From positions 7,006,001-7,070,000 of the forward strand of contig CM114271.1 of the NCBI GenBank assembly GCA_050084515.1: 64,000 nucleotides of DNA, read 5' to 3'. Positions within the stretch are counted from its first letter, which is position 1. The number at the start of each line of letters is the position of its first letter. A program made the position numbers and the translations under genes. This stretch comes from Blasia pusilla (taxonomy: Eukaryota). Of this stretch, positions 51,573 to 64,000 are shown in pieces. The notes beneath the pieces are model-generated. The model saw only the letters and a program-made list of their open reading frames with translations, was not told the origin of the DNA and did no database searches.

Positions 51573-54500
51573 ATTGAGCCTTGTCCCTTCCAGATACATA
51601 CCTCGATTAGGGGCGTGTCACCCACGCAGTATATGACTCAACAAGAGATAGTTGTCAGAGTTAAGCCAGAGCATGCAACGGATAGTGCTATGGTGCGCAT
51701 CCGTGCGATTTCGACACGAGCTGAGTCGTACGATGTGTTGGTGGGGAGTACAATGCTATATCCCCTAGGATTCATCCTTGACTTATGGGAGGAGACCGTT
51801 GCTCATCGACCAGGGTGGAGGTTAGGTGACGGCCAGATGAGTCAGTTATCCATGCAGTTTACGGGACGAGGTGGTCGACCACGAGACGAGTCTGTGATCA
51901 TATTGGCAGCTTTCATAGGTAGTGTTAGCTGGCTGGGAGAGTTGTTGGAGGGGAACGCACATGCGGAGGATGTCCCAGTAGCGGATAGTCCCACTGAGAG
52001 ACAGGCCATGGTAGGTGTCTCTTCCCATGTTGGCGAGACCTCTCCACCATTGTGGGGTACGACTCGAGAGTTACAGAGGAGTGCCGACAACCTCGTGAGG
52101 CAGGCCTGGAGCCATGTTTTTATTTCGGAGCAGAGCGATTTGAGTGGCGATTGGGCTCTTAGAGTGGAGGCGTTGACACCACTGATTACCATACACGTTG
52201 TGTGGAAGTGTCCAGAGGAGGGTATTAGATCTCTTCAGAGGGATTACCACGTGATTGGCTGCGGTATTATAGGCGGGCATACGAGTACATCATTACCTTT
52301 ATGTGGAGAGAGATGAGACGCGGCAAGTATCATTATGTCACGTGGCGAGATTGGTCCAGAGGTATCATGAGTTGTTTTCGGTATGTGCAGCACGAGGGTA
52401 TCAACATACACTACCTGCCAACATCTCTTTGGTGGGTGTGTAGGATCTGGATAGAGTTGGCACCATGCATTTGGTGATTTCTGGATGGGCATGTTAGGGT
52501 CATTCATCAGCTGGCCGAGGGTTTGGATTGCAAGATCCGAGGTCAGAGAAGTTTTGGGAGATGCTATGAGTAGTGCGCCACTTGCAAGAGAGCCAGACAT
52601 GTTCTCTGGCGTACATTTTTTAGAACGTGTCGTTGTTGGGAGACACTCATGCACGTGTGATGACGAGTGTGCATCAAGTGATGTCCTCGTTAGGACCTGC
52701 TGTGTTGTTAGACACAGCAAAAGTTGGATCACGTGCCCATTGTCCATGATTATGGTGGACGAACATGATACCATCAAAGGTATTGAGTCAAGCATACGAT
52801 GGAGTCCAGAGAGCACCACATCTCACAATAGATGCTATTTTTGGCTCAAGGCGTCGATCTCAAGTGGTGACGTGGGATGATAGACCACCGTTGGCGATAG
52901 CCAATAGGATGGGGGAGTTGAGGGCAGCCTTACCTACGTTGGTGAGCTTCCCAGCATCCCATGCCTTTCGTCAAGGAAGGCCACGCATGATTTGGGATGA
53001 GGTGACCTGAGCATTGGAGGAGCCTACAGTACATGAGCACGAGCGCGCCATGGGGTTTGCTATGGGTACAACGGCGGTGCCAGGTATGACCAAGGCATCA
53101 TAGAGACAGATGTTGGGGCAGACGATGGATCTCAACTATCTCACATGGATAGTCAGCCTAGGTATGGCTGAGTAGAGATGGATGCGAGTGTCATCCATAT
53201 CGTCACGTCCACGAGTTGGAGCATTGCCTACAGGGTCTGTACAAGCATTGGATGGGGGCAGGACAAGGAGAGTTAGGCATCCATGGACTTCTTGGGACGT
53301 TGTATGAGTAGAGAGTGCAAAGGCGACCAGGGCAACACATGTTCTTTTTTGCATATAGAGCATGGTGTAGGAGGTCACACCGGAGTGGCTGTTGCGGAGG
53401 TGGCTAAGGTTGCTACACAGCAACATAAGCCAGAGGTTGGGTCCTCTCTTAGTGAGGTCACGATGGAGACTTAGGAGCCTGTGATAGGTCTCAAGTTAAC
53501 AAGAGGAGACCAACGGAGGATTCATAGGTTTTTGAGAGGGCATGTCAATTGTTTTGCCTTCAGTATGAGAGATTTGGGTATAGTGAAGGGTCCCGAGATA
53601 CAGATTGAGTTGGCTAGTGATACGCCAATCTTTCGTCAACCCTACAAGTATTTCCATATGGAGCAAGCCTTGATTCAGAGCACGAGTCAAGACTTGTTGG
53701 AGGTAGGACTTGTGTACTTACCGCATGGGGAGTATGCATGTGCCACAGTCATGCTAGCGAAGAAGTATATGTATGGCAATTGGATGGATAGGTAGATGTG
53801 TGGAGATTACCGTCTTATCAACCGATAGACGAGGTCAGATTGGTACGCCATGCCTACTCTTAAAAATATCTTTGATGCGATAGGGCATGCAAAAATCTTC
53901 AGTATTTTAGATCTCCGTGTTGGCTATCATCAGCTTCCTATCAGGTTGGAGGACAAGGAGAAGACAACATTATGGGGGATAGATCGGATCGGGAGATATT
54001 ATTTGTATTAATGGCGGTTCTTACCATTTGGGTTGAAGAACGCGCATGTGGAGTATTAGAGAGTGATGGATAGGATTTTGGCTCGCTTGGATTTTGTACG
54101 GTGTTACATAGATGATATTCTTATTTTTAGTTCCACTGTTGAGGAGCATGAGGAACACCTAGAGGAGGTGTTTCGGCGATTGTAGTTACATGGACTGAAG
54201 TTACATCCAGATAAGTGCAGATTCTTTATTTGGAACACAGCGGATACCCGAGTGGGTTAGGTGTTCAATACACAAAGGTGGAGGCTATTGCACAGATTCC
54301 ACGCCCTACAGATGTGAGTCGAGTCTGAGCATTTGTGGGACTGGCGAACTTCTATCGACGGTAGGTCAAGGGTTTTAGTACGATTGTGAAGTCTTTGACC
54401 TTATTTACCAGACTTGATGAGGTTTGGTTGTGGGGAGATGATTAGGAGCGAGCATTTCAAGAGCTCAAGGATAAGTTGACATCCTTACCCATTTTAGAGA

Positions 54501-57355
54501 GACCGATTAGGGGTCGCCCATTCCTGCTACATACAGATTGGACCATGTTCGGTCTAGGAGTAGTGCTTACTCAGAGGGATGACGAGGAAAGGGAGTTCCT
54601 TTTGGATTATGCGAGCCGATCGAACAACATTGGAGAGGCAAAGTACAACTCCTACAAGGGAGATTGCCTAGCTGCAGTGTGGGCCGTGGCACACTTCAGG
54701 TGCTATCTATTCAGAAACCCTTTCATACTTGTCATTGATCATCTGCCATTTAGATGGTTGATGGAGTCCGACAAGCGTACGGGAAAGCTTGCCAGGTCGG
54801 CTCTATTACTACAAGAGTATGAGTTCGAGATGGTTCATAGGCCAGGTCGGCTAAACTAGGATGGAGATGGGCTGAGTCGTAACCCATATGCGAGTTAGAG
54901 AGACGACACAAGAGCTCGATGGCTCGGAGAGAGTGATGAGGAGATGGTGTCTGGTTAGCATACATCAACATATCTTTGTTGGTTGACTATTGTAGGTCAA
55001 TCACTTTTGGTGATTCTAGTGGTGGGATTGGATGATGAGTCCTTGGATTTGGAGGTCACTGAGGAGGTGACACGTGGTCGTGATATCCATGACGACATGG
55101 AGATTGTGGAGTTCTTGCGTACTGGCGTCATAGCGAGCATAGTGAGTGTTAGGGAGCGGGATCAGATCCTATAGAGAGCCAAAAGGTTCAGGTGGGAGGG
55201 GATTGGATCATATTTTGCGGGTATGGGGAGATGGTAGGATACAAGTGGTACCTCATCCTTCCCAACAAGCATGTGTAGTGCGATATACCCAAGAGGATTT
55301 GGGGCATTTTGGAGTAGAGCGTACTTACAACTTACTCCAGGTTCAATATTGGTGGCACGGCATGCATATTGGGTGCAGGAGTTTGTGGCCCGATGTATGG
55401 TATGTGACCAAGTGCGAGCATCCTTCAATGGTCCCACTACGCAGTTACATCCTTTACTGATTATGGGTTTAGGTTATCGGTATAGTTTAGACTTTGCGGG
55501 ACCTTTACCATTAATGGGGCGTCATCACATGTACGTGTTGGTCATGGTGGAGCATTTTTCCAAGTGGATAGAGTTGGTAGCACTACCAGAAAAGAAAGCG
55601 AGGGAATAGCCTATGCATTTCTAAATCGTGTGCTTAGTCACTCTGATAAATCGGCGGAGGTGTTGATTGACCAGGGTACCAAGTTCAGGGGAGAGTTTCA
55701 GGCCTTGTGTGATGAGGTGCTAATAGATCACCACACCACGTTTGGAGATCATCCAGAGGCGGATGGGTTGGCGTAGAGAGTAGCACATACGGTGAAGAGA
55801 GGATTATGCAAGTATAGCTTGCAGCGGGGACATTTGAGGGAGTGGGACCTACAGTTGCGATGGTTGGCTATGGATTATCGCTTGAGTCGCCAAGCATCCT
55901 TGGCGTCATTTTTTCTGTAGTTTTTTCTCTTTGGGAGAGGGCAACATTTACCTGCAGCTATTTGACGTGACATGGTAGAGGTGTTAGATCTTGATGATCC
56001 AGATGTGTGGGTACAAGCATGTTCTCAAAGGATAGAATTTTTTCGTAGAGTTATGCTTATGGCCTTTGAGAACTTAGCTATATTTAGCATAGGGATATAT
56101 TGAGGTACACGACCATTCATGGAGGAGATTATCGTTCAAGGATTATGAGGTTTCATCTTGGAGATTACATGTTTTTACAGTAGACGGCACCCACGACGCT
56201 AGATGTCACTGCAGGAAGGACGATTCTACGTGTGCGCGAGGTGTTATCGATCGAAGTCCTCATGTTGGAGAGACATAATGGTATGGTTTGGAAGGATCAT
56301 GTGCGTAACTGTGTGCGATGTCATCTTCCAAATATGGAGGGGACAGTAGCTCCGAGCTTGGCAGTGGTACTTGCAGGCTTGAGGTGTATGTTGTGCGGAT
56401 CTGTAAGGGGTGCAGCCACCATGTTAGTATGTGATGGTTGTTCTCGAGGATGGCATATGTCATGTCTGACCCCCCCTCTTGATGTAGTTCCCATAGGAGG
56501 ATGGATATGTTCGAGATGTATATAGGGTAGTAGATCATGTCAGAGAGATGTGATATCTGCTATCTAGAGTTGGGGGGATCCAATTACCAATTAGGGGGGC
56601 GTTTGTGTGATCTCCATGTATATGTATGAGTTGAATTCTTTACATGTGTGGATCTACCCGTGTATGAGAAAGATTGGTATTGTGTTGTGTGGATATGACC
56701 AACAATATATGTTATGTAGCGATGTGTATGCGCACCACAACTATCACATCTTAGTAGCTGTTAGGTAGAGATCTATCGTGGGGAGGATATACAGAGCCAG
56801 CGGACTTTGTCGAGTGTAAATTTGTCCCGAGATGTCGAATGAGGTTGAGAATAGGTCCGTTGTGTCAAGAACGTTGTTTCAAACAACTTTCTTCTTGGGA
56901 TCTTTCACAACCAAGTGACTTGTTCAACAAGTCACCCACCCTTGATAACCTGTGCGCGCATGTTACGAGGGGGGTTGCTATTTTTAGGGGAAGAGCCTTT
57001 TGGCTCTTCCTACATCTATATAAGGGAGGAAGATGGCTTTCTCAAGCCATTTTTCTCATGTTGGGCCCTTGGAGTAACATTCGTGCTCGGATGTGTGAGT
57101 TAGGATTGGGTACTAACGTCTGGATTCCTTAATAGCACAGGGTGGACGAGGCTCGATATACCGATGTAGATTGAGGAGTGGAGTTTTAGGCCGGGTATGT
57201 CATTTTTACTCTAATTTTTTTTATGATCTCCATGTATATGTATGAGTTGATTTCTGTACATGTGTGGATCTACCCGTGTGTGGGGAAGATTGGTGTTGTG
57301 TGGTGTGGATGTGACCAGCGATGGATGTTGTGTAACGATATGTATGTGCACGAAA
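51573..57355 (+). mobile_element. 5'-truncated close copy of the DNMT-Gypsy (PR-DNMT-RT-RH-IN-PHD) with B1-A-B2 end
   Basis: Colinear with 6147-11939. DNMT ~52220-53140 with motif IV reading GWAC*. PHD ends at 56525. B1 56604-56739, A 56742-~57221, B2 ~57222-57355. Confidence 0.92.
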
Positions 57356-57456
57356 ACCTTGTCGAATAGATCTATCTACACCCAATTGAGGTTATACACA
57401 ATAAGTGACTCAAGTTTGTGTGCATAGAATTGAGTAGTGGTATCTTGCTCTTTGTG

Positions 57457-58510
57457 TCAAGCAAGAAAGAAGAATGATGATGAGATATCAAAGTTCATGT
57501 AAGGATTAACAATATCTATTATTTTTCTTACAATCTTGCTTGCGTGCACTTCACTCCAAAGGTTGTTGATTGTATGTTTCCTAATTTCATAAAAAATTGA
57601 ACAAGGATAAGTGAATATACATATGTCCAATTTGCTAATACTGGCTATTGTGAGAATCTCAATTTCAGACATGAAGGATATATAGCCAACTAAGGTATTA
57701 TAGAAAAACTTGTTCCAATGGTGTACTTGGTGGTACTCATTAAAGCATACTAACCAATTACTCTTAAACACAAGGTTGCCATTTTTCAACAAGGTCGGGG
57801 CCAACAAGATTGTGAGGTTGTTTTGTATCGATTGTAAGCACTTCATAGTTACTTAAAAATTGCATGAAAGTCGGTGAAGACAATCACTCAAGTTTGTGTG
57901 AGTAAAATATGGTTGGATGGATGCATAATGTTATGGTGTTTCTATTTAAGGTAATTCTTCTATGTGGGGGACTGTAATCAATGTATTCCACACTCTAAGA
58001 CGTAGAGATGAGGTGGATTTCAATGATGTCATGGCTGCCTAAGTTGACAACATACATTTTTTGAGGACAAGTTCAATCGCAGTGTAATTTCATCTAACCT
58101 TTCTAGGCCAAGGCACGTAGCACACTCTTTTGTGATTTTGAATACACCTTGTAGCTCAAATTTAAGAGCACACTTCAAGAGGTAAAATGACAATTGCATA
58201 TTTGTAACAGGCTGTAGGTTCATATGGGCCTCGTAGAGCAACAATATGGATCGGTGATATGGGATAATGTTTTTAGTGTTCCTCACTAGGCCTATAATAG
58301 TTATACCTACAAGTGACATGATCAATCACAAGGTTCATATTAAGGCTCACAACAAAGGGAAATCGTAATCGACAACAGGGTCCATAATCTTTGTTACCTT
58401 TCATGATGCAAATGATTTCTTTACATAACTGCAATTGTTTTGTTGTGACATATTTATGGAATTTGGTAACAACATCAGTTATTTGACTTGTGGAATTTGG
58501 TAACAACATC
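57457..58510 (-). pseudogene. Rolling-circle (Helentron/Helitron2-like) Rep remnant
   Basis: CRLRFPF...YNYYRP, IIPYHRSILLLYEAHMNLQPV...YLLKCALKFE (YxxKYxxK-like motif 3), FFYNTLV...F..E. Confidence 0.55.
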
Positions 58511-58536
58511 AGTTATTTGACTTACTATCACTACTT

Positions 58537-61500
58537 TGTCGTGCGCATACACATCGTTACACTACTTACATCACTGTCACCGAGTACACACACAAACACG
58601 CACAATCCCATGCTAACTCATGACATCCAAATAGCGAGACAAGAAGTACGAAAATATCTCCAATAAAATAAGATCCAATTTCTCTCACAACACCATAGTT
58701 CTCACATGTGTGCACTCTCACATGTCTCTCTCAATGTCAAACCAAACCCACTCTCCTTATGAGACGCTTAGATTACACACACAAGGCAAGCAAGACCATA
58801 ACTCCACCGCCTCATGCCAAGAGGTTCAACAAAGATAGAATGAGCTCTCAAGCTCTCTCTCCTTGAGGTATATCCCTCCCCTCTCCCAAGCTCTCTCCAT
58901 GGTAACCTATGCTCCAAAGTCACCTCCTTGGCTCTTGACCTGATGTACGTGGTCAAGGGATACTTGCCAAAAATAGAAAGTTGTCAATATACTCAAAACG
59001 TCTCCTACCTAAAATAGCAAGTTCCTCAATATGGCTCCAAATGAGCCGAAACGAAGGCCTCAGTAGGTCATCCTCAACCTCATGAGTATATCCTCCACTA
59101 CTTGCAAAGGCGCTCTACTAGATCTCACCTATCTATCTTAATTGATGTGATAGTTGTCGTGCGTATATACATCATTACACAACCTACATTGCTGTCATCA
59201 AACACGCACACAAACACACACGATCCCATGCTAACTCATGGCATCCAAACAACGAGATAAGAAGTACCAAAATATCTCCTATCGCTCCCCTAGTTGGTGG
59301 TTAGGTCCTTCTAACACAAATAGTCATCTATCCCTACCTACCATGACATACATCTCTCGGACGCTAAGAGCAAGAAGGCCGGATGCTCATGTGGCCCCAT
59401 CGTTAGTCGTCTTCTTGTCATCCTTGTCACAGATATAAGTCAGAATGTAGAACTACCTATTGTATGTACATCTGGGACACATCCATCATCCATGAGGAAC
59501 CCTAGTGAGAGGTGGTGTCAAACATGCCATATGCCATCCTCTCGAACATCCATCACAGACTAGCATAGTGGCTGCACCACGACCAGAACCACACAACATA
59601 CATCGCAAGCCTGCAGAAACTACTGCTAAGCTCGGATCAACTATATCGTTAATGTTCGAAAGGTGAGACAAAGTACAAAAATGCACATGGTCCTTCCAAA
59701 CCATACCATCGCGTCCCTTTAATAAGAGAATACGTAATGGAAAAACCTCACGCACTCTCAAGAGGGTGTGCATTCCAGTCACATCCAACGTTGTGGGTGC
59801 CGTCTGATGCAAGTAGACATAGTCTCCTTGATGAAACCTATGGATAGTATGTGGATAACCATCCCCCCCAGAATAGTCGCATACCTCAATGTATCTTAAT
59901 GTTGTGCAATCACCAAGTTCTCAAATGCCACATGCATTACTCTCCGAAACAATTCACCCTCTGAGAATATGCTCACATCCATACATCAAGGTCATCAAGT
60001 TTCAATACCTTACCAACATCTTGACGAATGGCTGCAGGTAAATTTGGCTCTTAGCCATAAAAAAGCAAGTACGGTGAGAAAGACGCCAAAGACGCATGCT
60101 TGCTGAATCGTTATCGCATCGCCAACCTCGGCAACTGAAGGTCCCAATCTCGTATGTGACCTCTCTACAAGCCATACTTGCGTAGTCCTATCTTCACCGT
60201 CTGCACAGCCCACTTCGCTAGTCCATCCGCCTCATGATGATCTCGCGAATAGTGCGGTGGTCGATCAGTGCCTCATCACACAAGTCCTGAATCCCCGTGG
60301 AACTCTGTACCCTAGTTTGTCAACACCTCTACATGTGCGCCGTAATGACTCATCACTTGATCTAGGAAGGTATACACTACTCCCTCACTCGCTTTGTCAA
60401 GCAATGCAACCAACTCTATCCACTTCGAGAAGTGCTCGACTATCACCAACATATAACGACTATGGCACTCCGTCAAAGGCAAAGGTCTTGAAAAATCCAA
60501 ACTCCATCTATAACCTAAACCCATGATCAAAAGTGGATGCAACTGTGGAGTCGGAGCATTGAACGATGCTTGAACTCGATCACATACCATGCATCTGGCA
60601 ACAAACTGCTAAACGTCAGTCTGGATGCCTCGCCATCAATACTGAATATCGAGCAAGTTGTACGTCCGCTTCATTCCAAAATGATCCAACTCCTCGTAGG
60701 CATGACGCACCAAACGTACTCTCTACAAAGGATGAGGCACTACACGCACTCTACCATCCTCCCACACGCGGAACACATGTGTGCCCTCCCTGCAGAATTG
60801 TGTGGCTCGTTGTAGGATCCGATCTCGCTCTCTAGCACCCACTGTGCTCACGGTGCTGTCAATATGCATGTACTCCAAGACCACTCCATCCTCATGAATG
60901 TCTCGGCCATCTTTCGTCTCCTCACCGACCTCTGGATCTAAGGACTATCCATCAGACCTCGCCATCGAAGTCTCGAAAATATGGCTCTCCATAGCCAACA
61001 CGTCCAAATAGGCTGATGCATGCCTTCCTAGCACCTACTCCTTATCACCCTCACCATGCCAACGAGATCCAGTCGCATCTCGTTGACTCGCGCATGGGTT
61101 ACGACTCAAACCATCTGCGTCCTGGTTGAGCGTCCCAGGTCTATGCACCATGTGGAAGTCATACTCTTGCAACAAAAGAGCCCACCTCGCAAGCTTCCTT
61201 GTAAGCTTGTTGGACTCCATCAACCACTTAAGTGGCTGATGATCAATAATGATGGTAAAGGGATTTCCAAATAGATCACATAAAAAATGTACGACAGCCC
61301 ACACTACAGCCAAGCACTCACTCTCATACGAGCTTTACTCCGCCTCTGCAGCGTTGTTCGAGCAACTAGCGTAAGCCACCATGAACTCTCTACCATCATC
61401 ATCATGCTGGGTGAGCAAGACTCCAAGCCCAACATGCTCCAATATGTATGCAATTGGAAAGGACGCCCCCTGATCGGTCTCCTCATTATGGGCACGGATG

Positions 61501-62440
61501 TGAATCTATCCTTGAGCATGTGAAATGCTCTCTCATACTTGTCCCCCCACTACCACTCCTGATCCACCTTGGTTAGCAAGGCTAGCTGCTTCACAATCGA
61601 ACTAAAACCCTTGACGTACCATCGATAGAAGTTCGCCAATCCCATGAATGCACGAACTTGACTCACATCTGTAGGGCGTGGAATGCATGAAATAGCCTCT
61701 ACCTTTGTCTGTTGCATACCAAGGCCCCCTGGGTATATCGTATGACCCAAGTACTCAATCTGGTCGAAGAAGAACTTGCACTTGTCTAGATGTAGCTTCA
61801 GCCCATGTAACTATAATCGTCAAAATATCTCCTCTAGATGTCGCTTATGCTCCTCAAGTGTGGCGCTAAAGACTACGATGTCATAAATATAACACCTAGC
61901 AAAATCCATATCTGCCAAGATCCTATCCATGACCCTTTGAAACCCAAATTGTAAGAACCGCCATTGATATAAACAATCCTTCCCATAAGGATTGATGCCC
62001 CAAATGCCTTCTTATGCCAGTCCTCCAATTTGATAGGCAACTGATGGTATATGGCTCGTAAATCCAATGAATTGAAGACCTTTGCATGTCCAATCGCATC
62101 AAAGCTCTCCTCACAGGTGGGCATGGCATACCTATCAGATTTCGTCTCCCGATTGATACGTTGGTAATCTCCACACATCCACCTATCAGTCCTGTTGCCA
62201 TGCACATCCTTCTTGGTAGGCATGACAGTGGCAGATGCATATTCTCCATGCCACATCTCCACTAGTCTTGCTCCAACCAAGTCCTCGTTCCTACTCTAAA
62301 TCATAGCTCTCTCCATGTCACTAAACGTGTAGGGTCGTCGGAAGATCAGCGTGTCACTTGAAAACTCAATGCGGACCCTTCAACTTACCCAAATCATGCA
62401 TACTAAATGCAAAACATCTTTGTCATGACCATACGAATTA
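58537..62440 (-). mobile_element. 5'-truncated diverged family member (RT-RH-IN-PHD) with B1-A-B2 end
   Basis: Pol fragments and PHD (CMLC...CDGC...WHMAC). B2 58537-~58661, A ~58662-59152, B1 59155-~59281, PPT 59283-59292. Junction GACA-AC-TATCACATC on the minus strand. Confidence 0.88.
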
Positions 62441-62767
62441 TGTCGTAGAGTATAGTGTGCTAGTAGAGGCCATACCTTATGTAGGGCCGTAGTGTCTAGG
62501 TAGAGATGCGATTTCATATATAGGCTTGGGGGTTACTCAGTTGAGGGTGACTTTTCTAATAGGGCCCGCTCTTAGGTTGGAGGATATAAGGTGGAGTGCA
62601 CTCAAAGAACAGTTAGTTCTTTCAGTTGAGCCTGTTGCGTTGGGAGTTAGCCTTGGTAGTAAGTAGAGCTCTTGGCTATGGTGTTTCCCGCAAGCTTCGA
62701 CCTATATTCTCCCATCGTCGAGTGGGTTTGGCTCGATTGTATGTGATTCTATATGTGTTTTATGACA
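62441..62767 (+). mobile_element. Possible 5' LTR of another element truncating the preceding copy and continuing to the window end
   Basis: TGTCGTAGA...TTTATGACA inverted ends and TATA-like GATATAAG at ~62583; RT homology stops abruptly at 62440. Confidence 0.4.
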
Positions 62768-64000
62768 ATAGGCCTTTCACGGATTTCACTCAAAGAATTG
62801 ACGTAGATCCATGGTAGCTTCGATTGTGGATCAGTAGGATATGGTTAGGGCTGATTGTGTACTCAGACGTGGATGTTTGTGGCTTGTGGCCTATGTTGGA
62901 GGTGTGAATCTGGTGCGTGGTTGGCTGGAAAAGAAGCGCCTTGCTGAGAGCTTTCCAACGTGCTTTAGATCGCCGGATTTCGTCAAGGGAGTTGGAAGTT
63001 ATCAAGGATTGAAGATTCTAGTTCGTGTTCGACGGTTTTCTGATGTGGAGAGCTTGGAGTGCGGAAGCTCTGTTGAAGTTCATCCAGATTGGGTGAGAGG
63101 TTCCTGTTGCTACTTGTATTGTGATCTCATGTGAAGCTATCTGCTCGAGTGTGTGGAGCGTTGCGAATTTCTGCGTGCATGGCGGGAAGCGGCATTTGTT
63201 GGATTTGCGATTCTTGAGGTGTATGGACAGTAAGTTTGTCTGATTTTTAGCCCGGAGTGCAGAGCTTGGTTGTAGCTGATTTTTTGTGTAGAGATAGCTA
63301 TAGTGATTAATTGAATTCTGGTTGAAAGAGATTCAATTTTCGTTAAGGATTTGTGAAGTAATTGTTGATCGAAATTTTGCGGACTAGTTGAAGGTCTGGC
63401 TATGGTGGATAGCGGATCGGAGGGGCTGGTTGGTTGGTGACTCGTTCATTGTTGGAGACACCTATCCTGTTGGGGGAGCCTTGGTTGGGCCTCACTCCAT
63501 AGCGAAGCATGGCGAAGCGTACCGAAGTGTGGCGATAAGGGCGATAGGGGCATGTCTCCGCGTTTTGAAGCTTCGAGGCAACTTGTGGTAGCTCGGGGCG
63601 AGTGGGCGTGAGAGGCGGAGTAAGGAGCAAGGAGCAAGGAGAAAGCTTGCTTGCTTGGGCGTGAGGCAGTTTTTGCAGGATTTGTGATTTGAGTGTTGCA
63701 TAACTGGTCACCCATCTTTGGGCTATTTTGCCTGGAAGACGCTTAACTGCTGAGTTCTTAACTATGTCAGTGTACACACTGTTGTAGCTCATTTGGTGCT
63801 GTTCGGAGAGGTGTTAGGTGCTTTATGCATCTCAGGTTTTTGGTTGATGGACCTCTAGCGCATTGTACGGTGTAGCCTCTCCATGCATGTGATATTTTCA
63901 GGTGCTGCGAGTTCGACTAGCACGTCATCGACCTGCGACGGAGTAGCTATTGCGTTAGAATTGTGTGGTGGGTTTTGTGGATTCAGGGGGCGCCACGTTT

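Overview
Eukaryotic, repeat-dominated DNA, most likely from a non-seed land plant or streptophyte alga. This is inferred from the intron style, plant-type Gypsy and Helitron elements, and heavy CG/CHG C>T decay. The main system is a Ty3/Gypsy retrotransposon family: one complete copy (2188-11939), three copies retaining the 3' end, and older fragments. Its polyprotein runs Gag - protease - C5 DNA cytosine methyltransferase - RT - RNase H - DDE integrase - PHD finger. Its termini are not ordinary LTRs but split direct repeats (A1 - internal - B1 A2 B2), with TGTCA...TGACA ends and a 4-bp TSD. It also has a palindromic internal att-like junction (GACA-GC-TGTC) and a 14-nt self-complementary, tRNA-independent primer site. 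This layout is what a 2-LTR circle reopened at an internal site would give, which is an inference. Also present: a decayed intron-containing Helitron, a decayed chromovirus, a solo LTR, a second Rep-like remnant, a small element with two Helitron-like 3' ends, hairpins and microsatellites, and one probable host gene with a CxxC...CxxC motif and 9-aa repeats. All alignments and counts were done by eye; no database search was possible.
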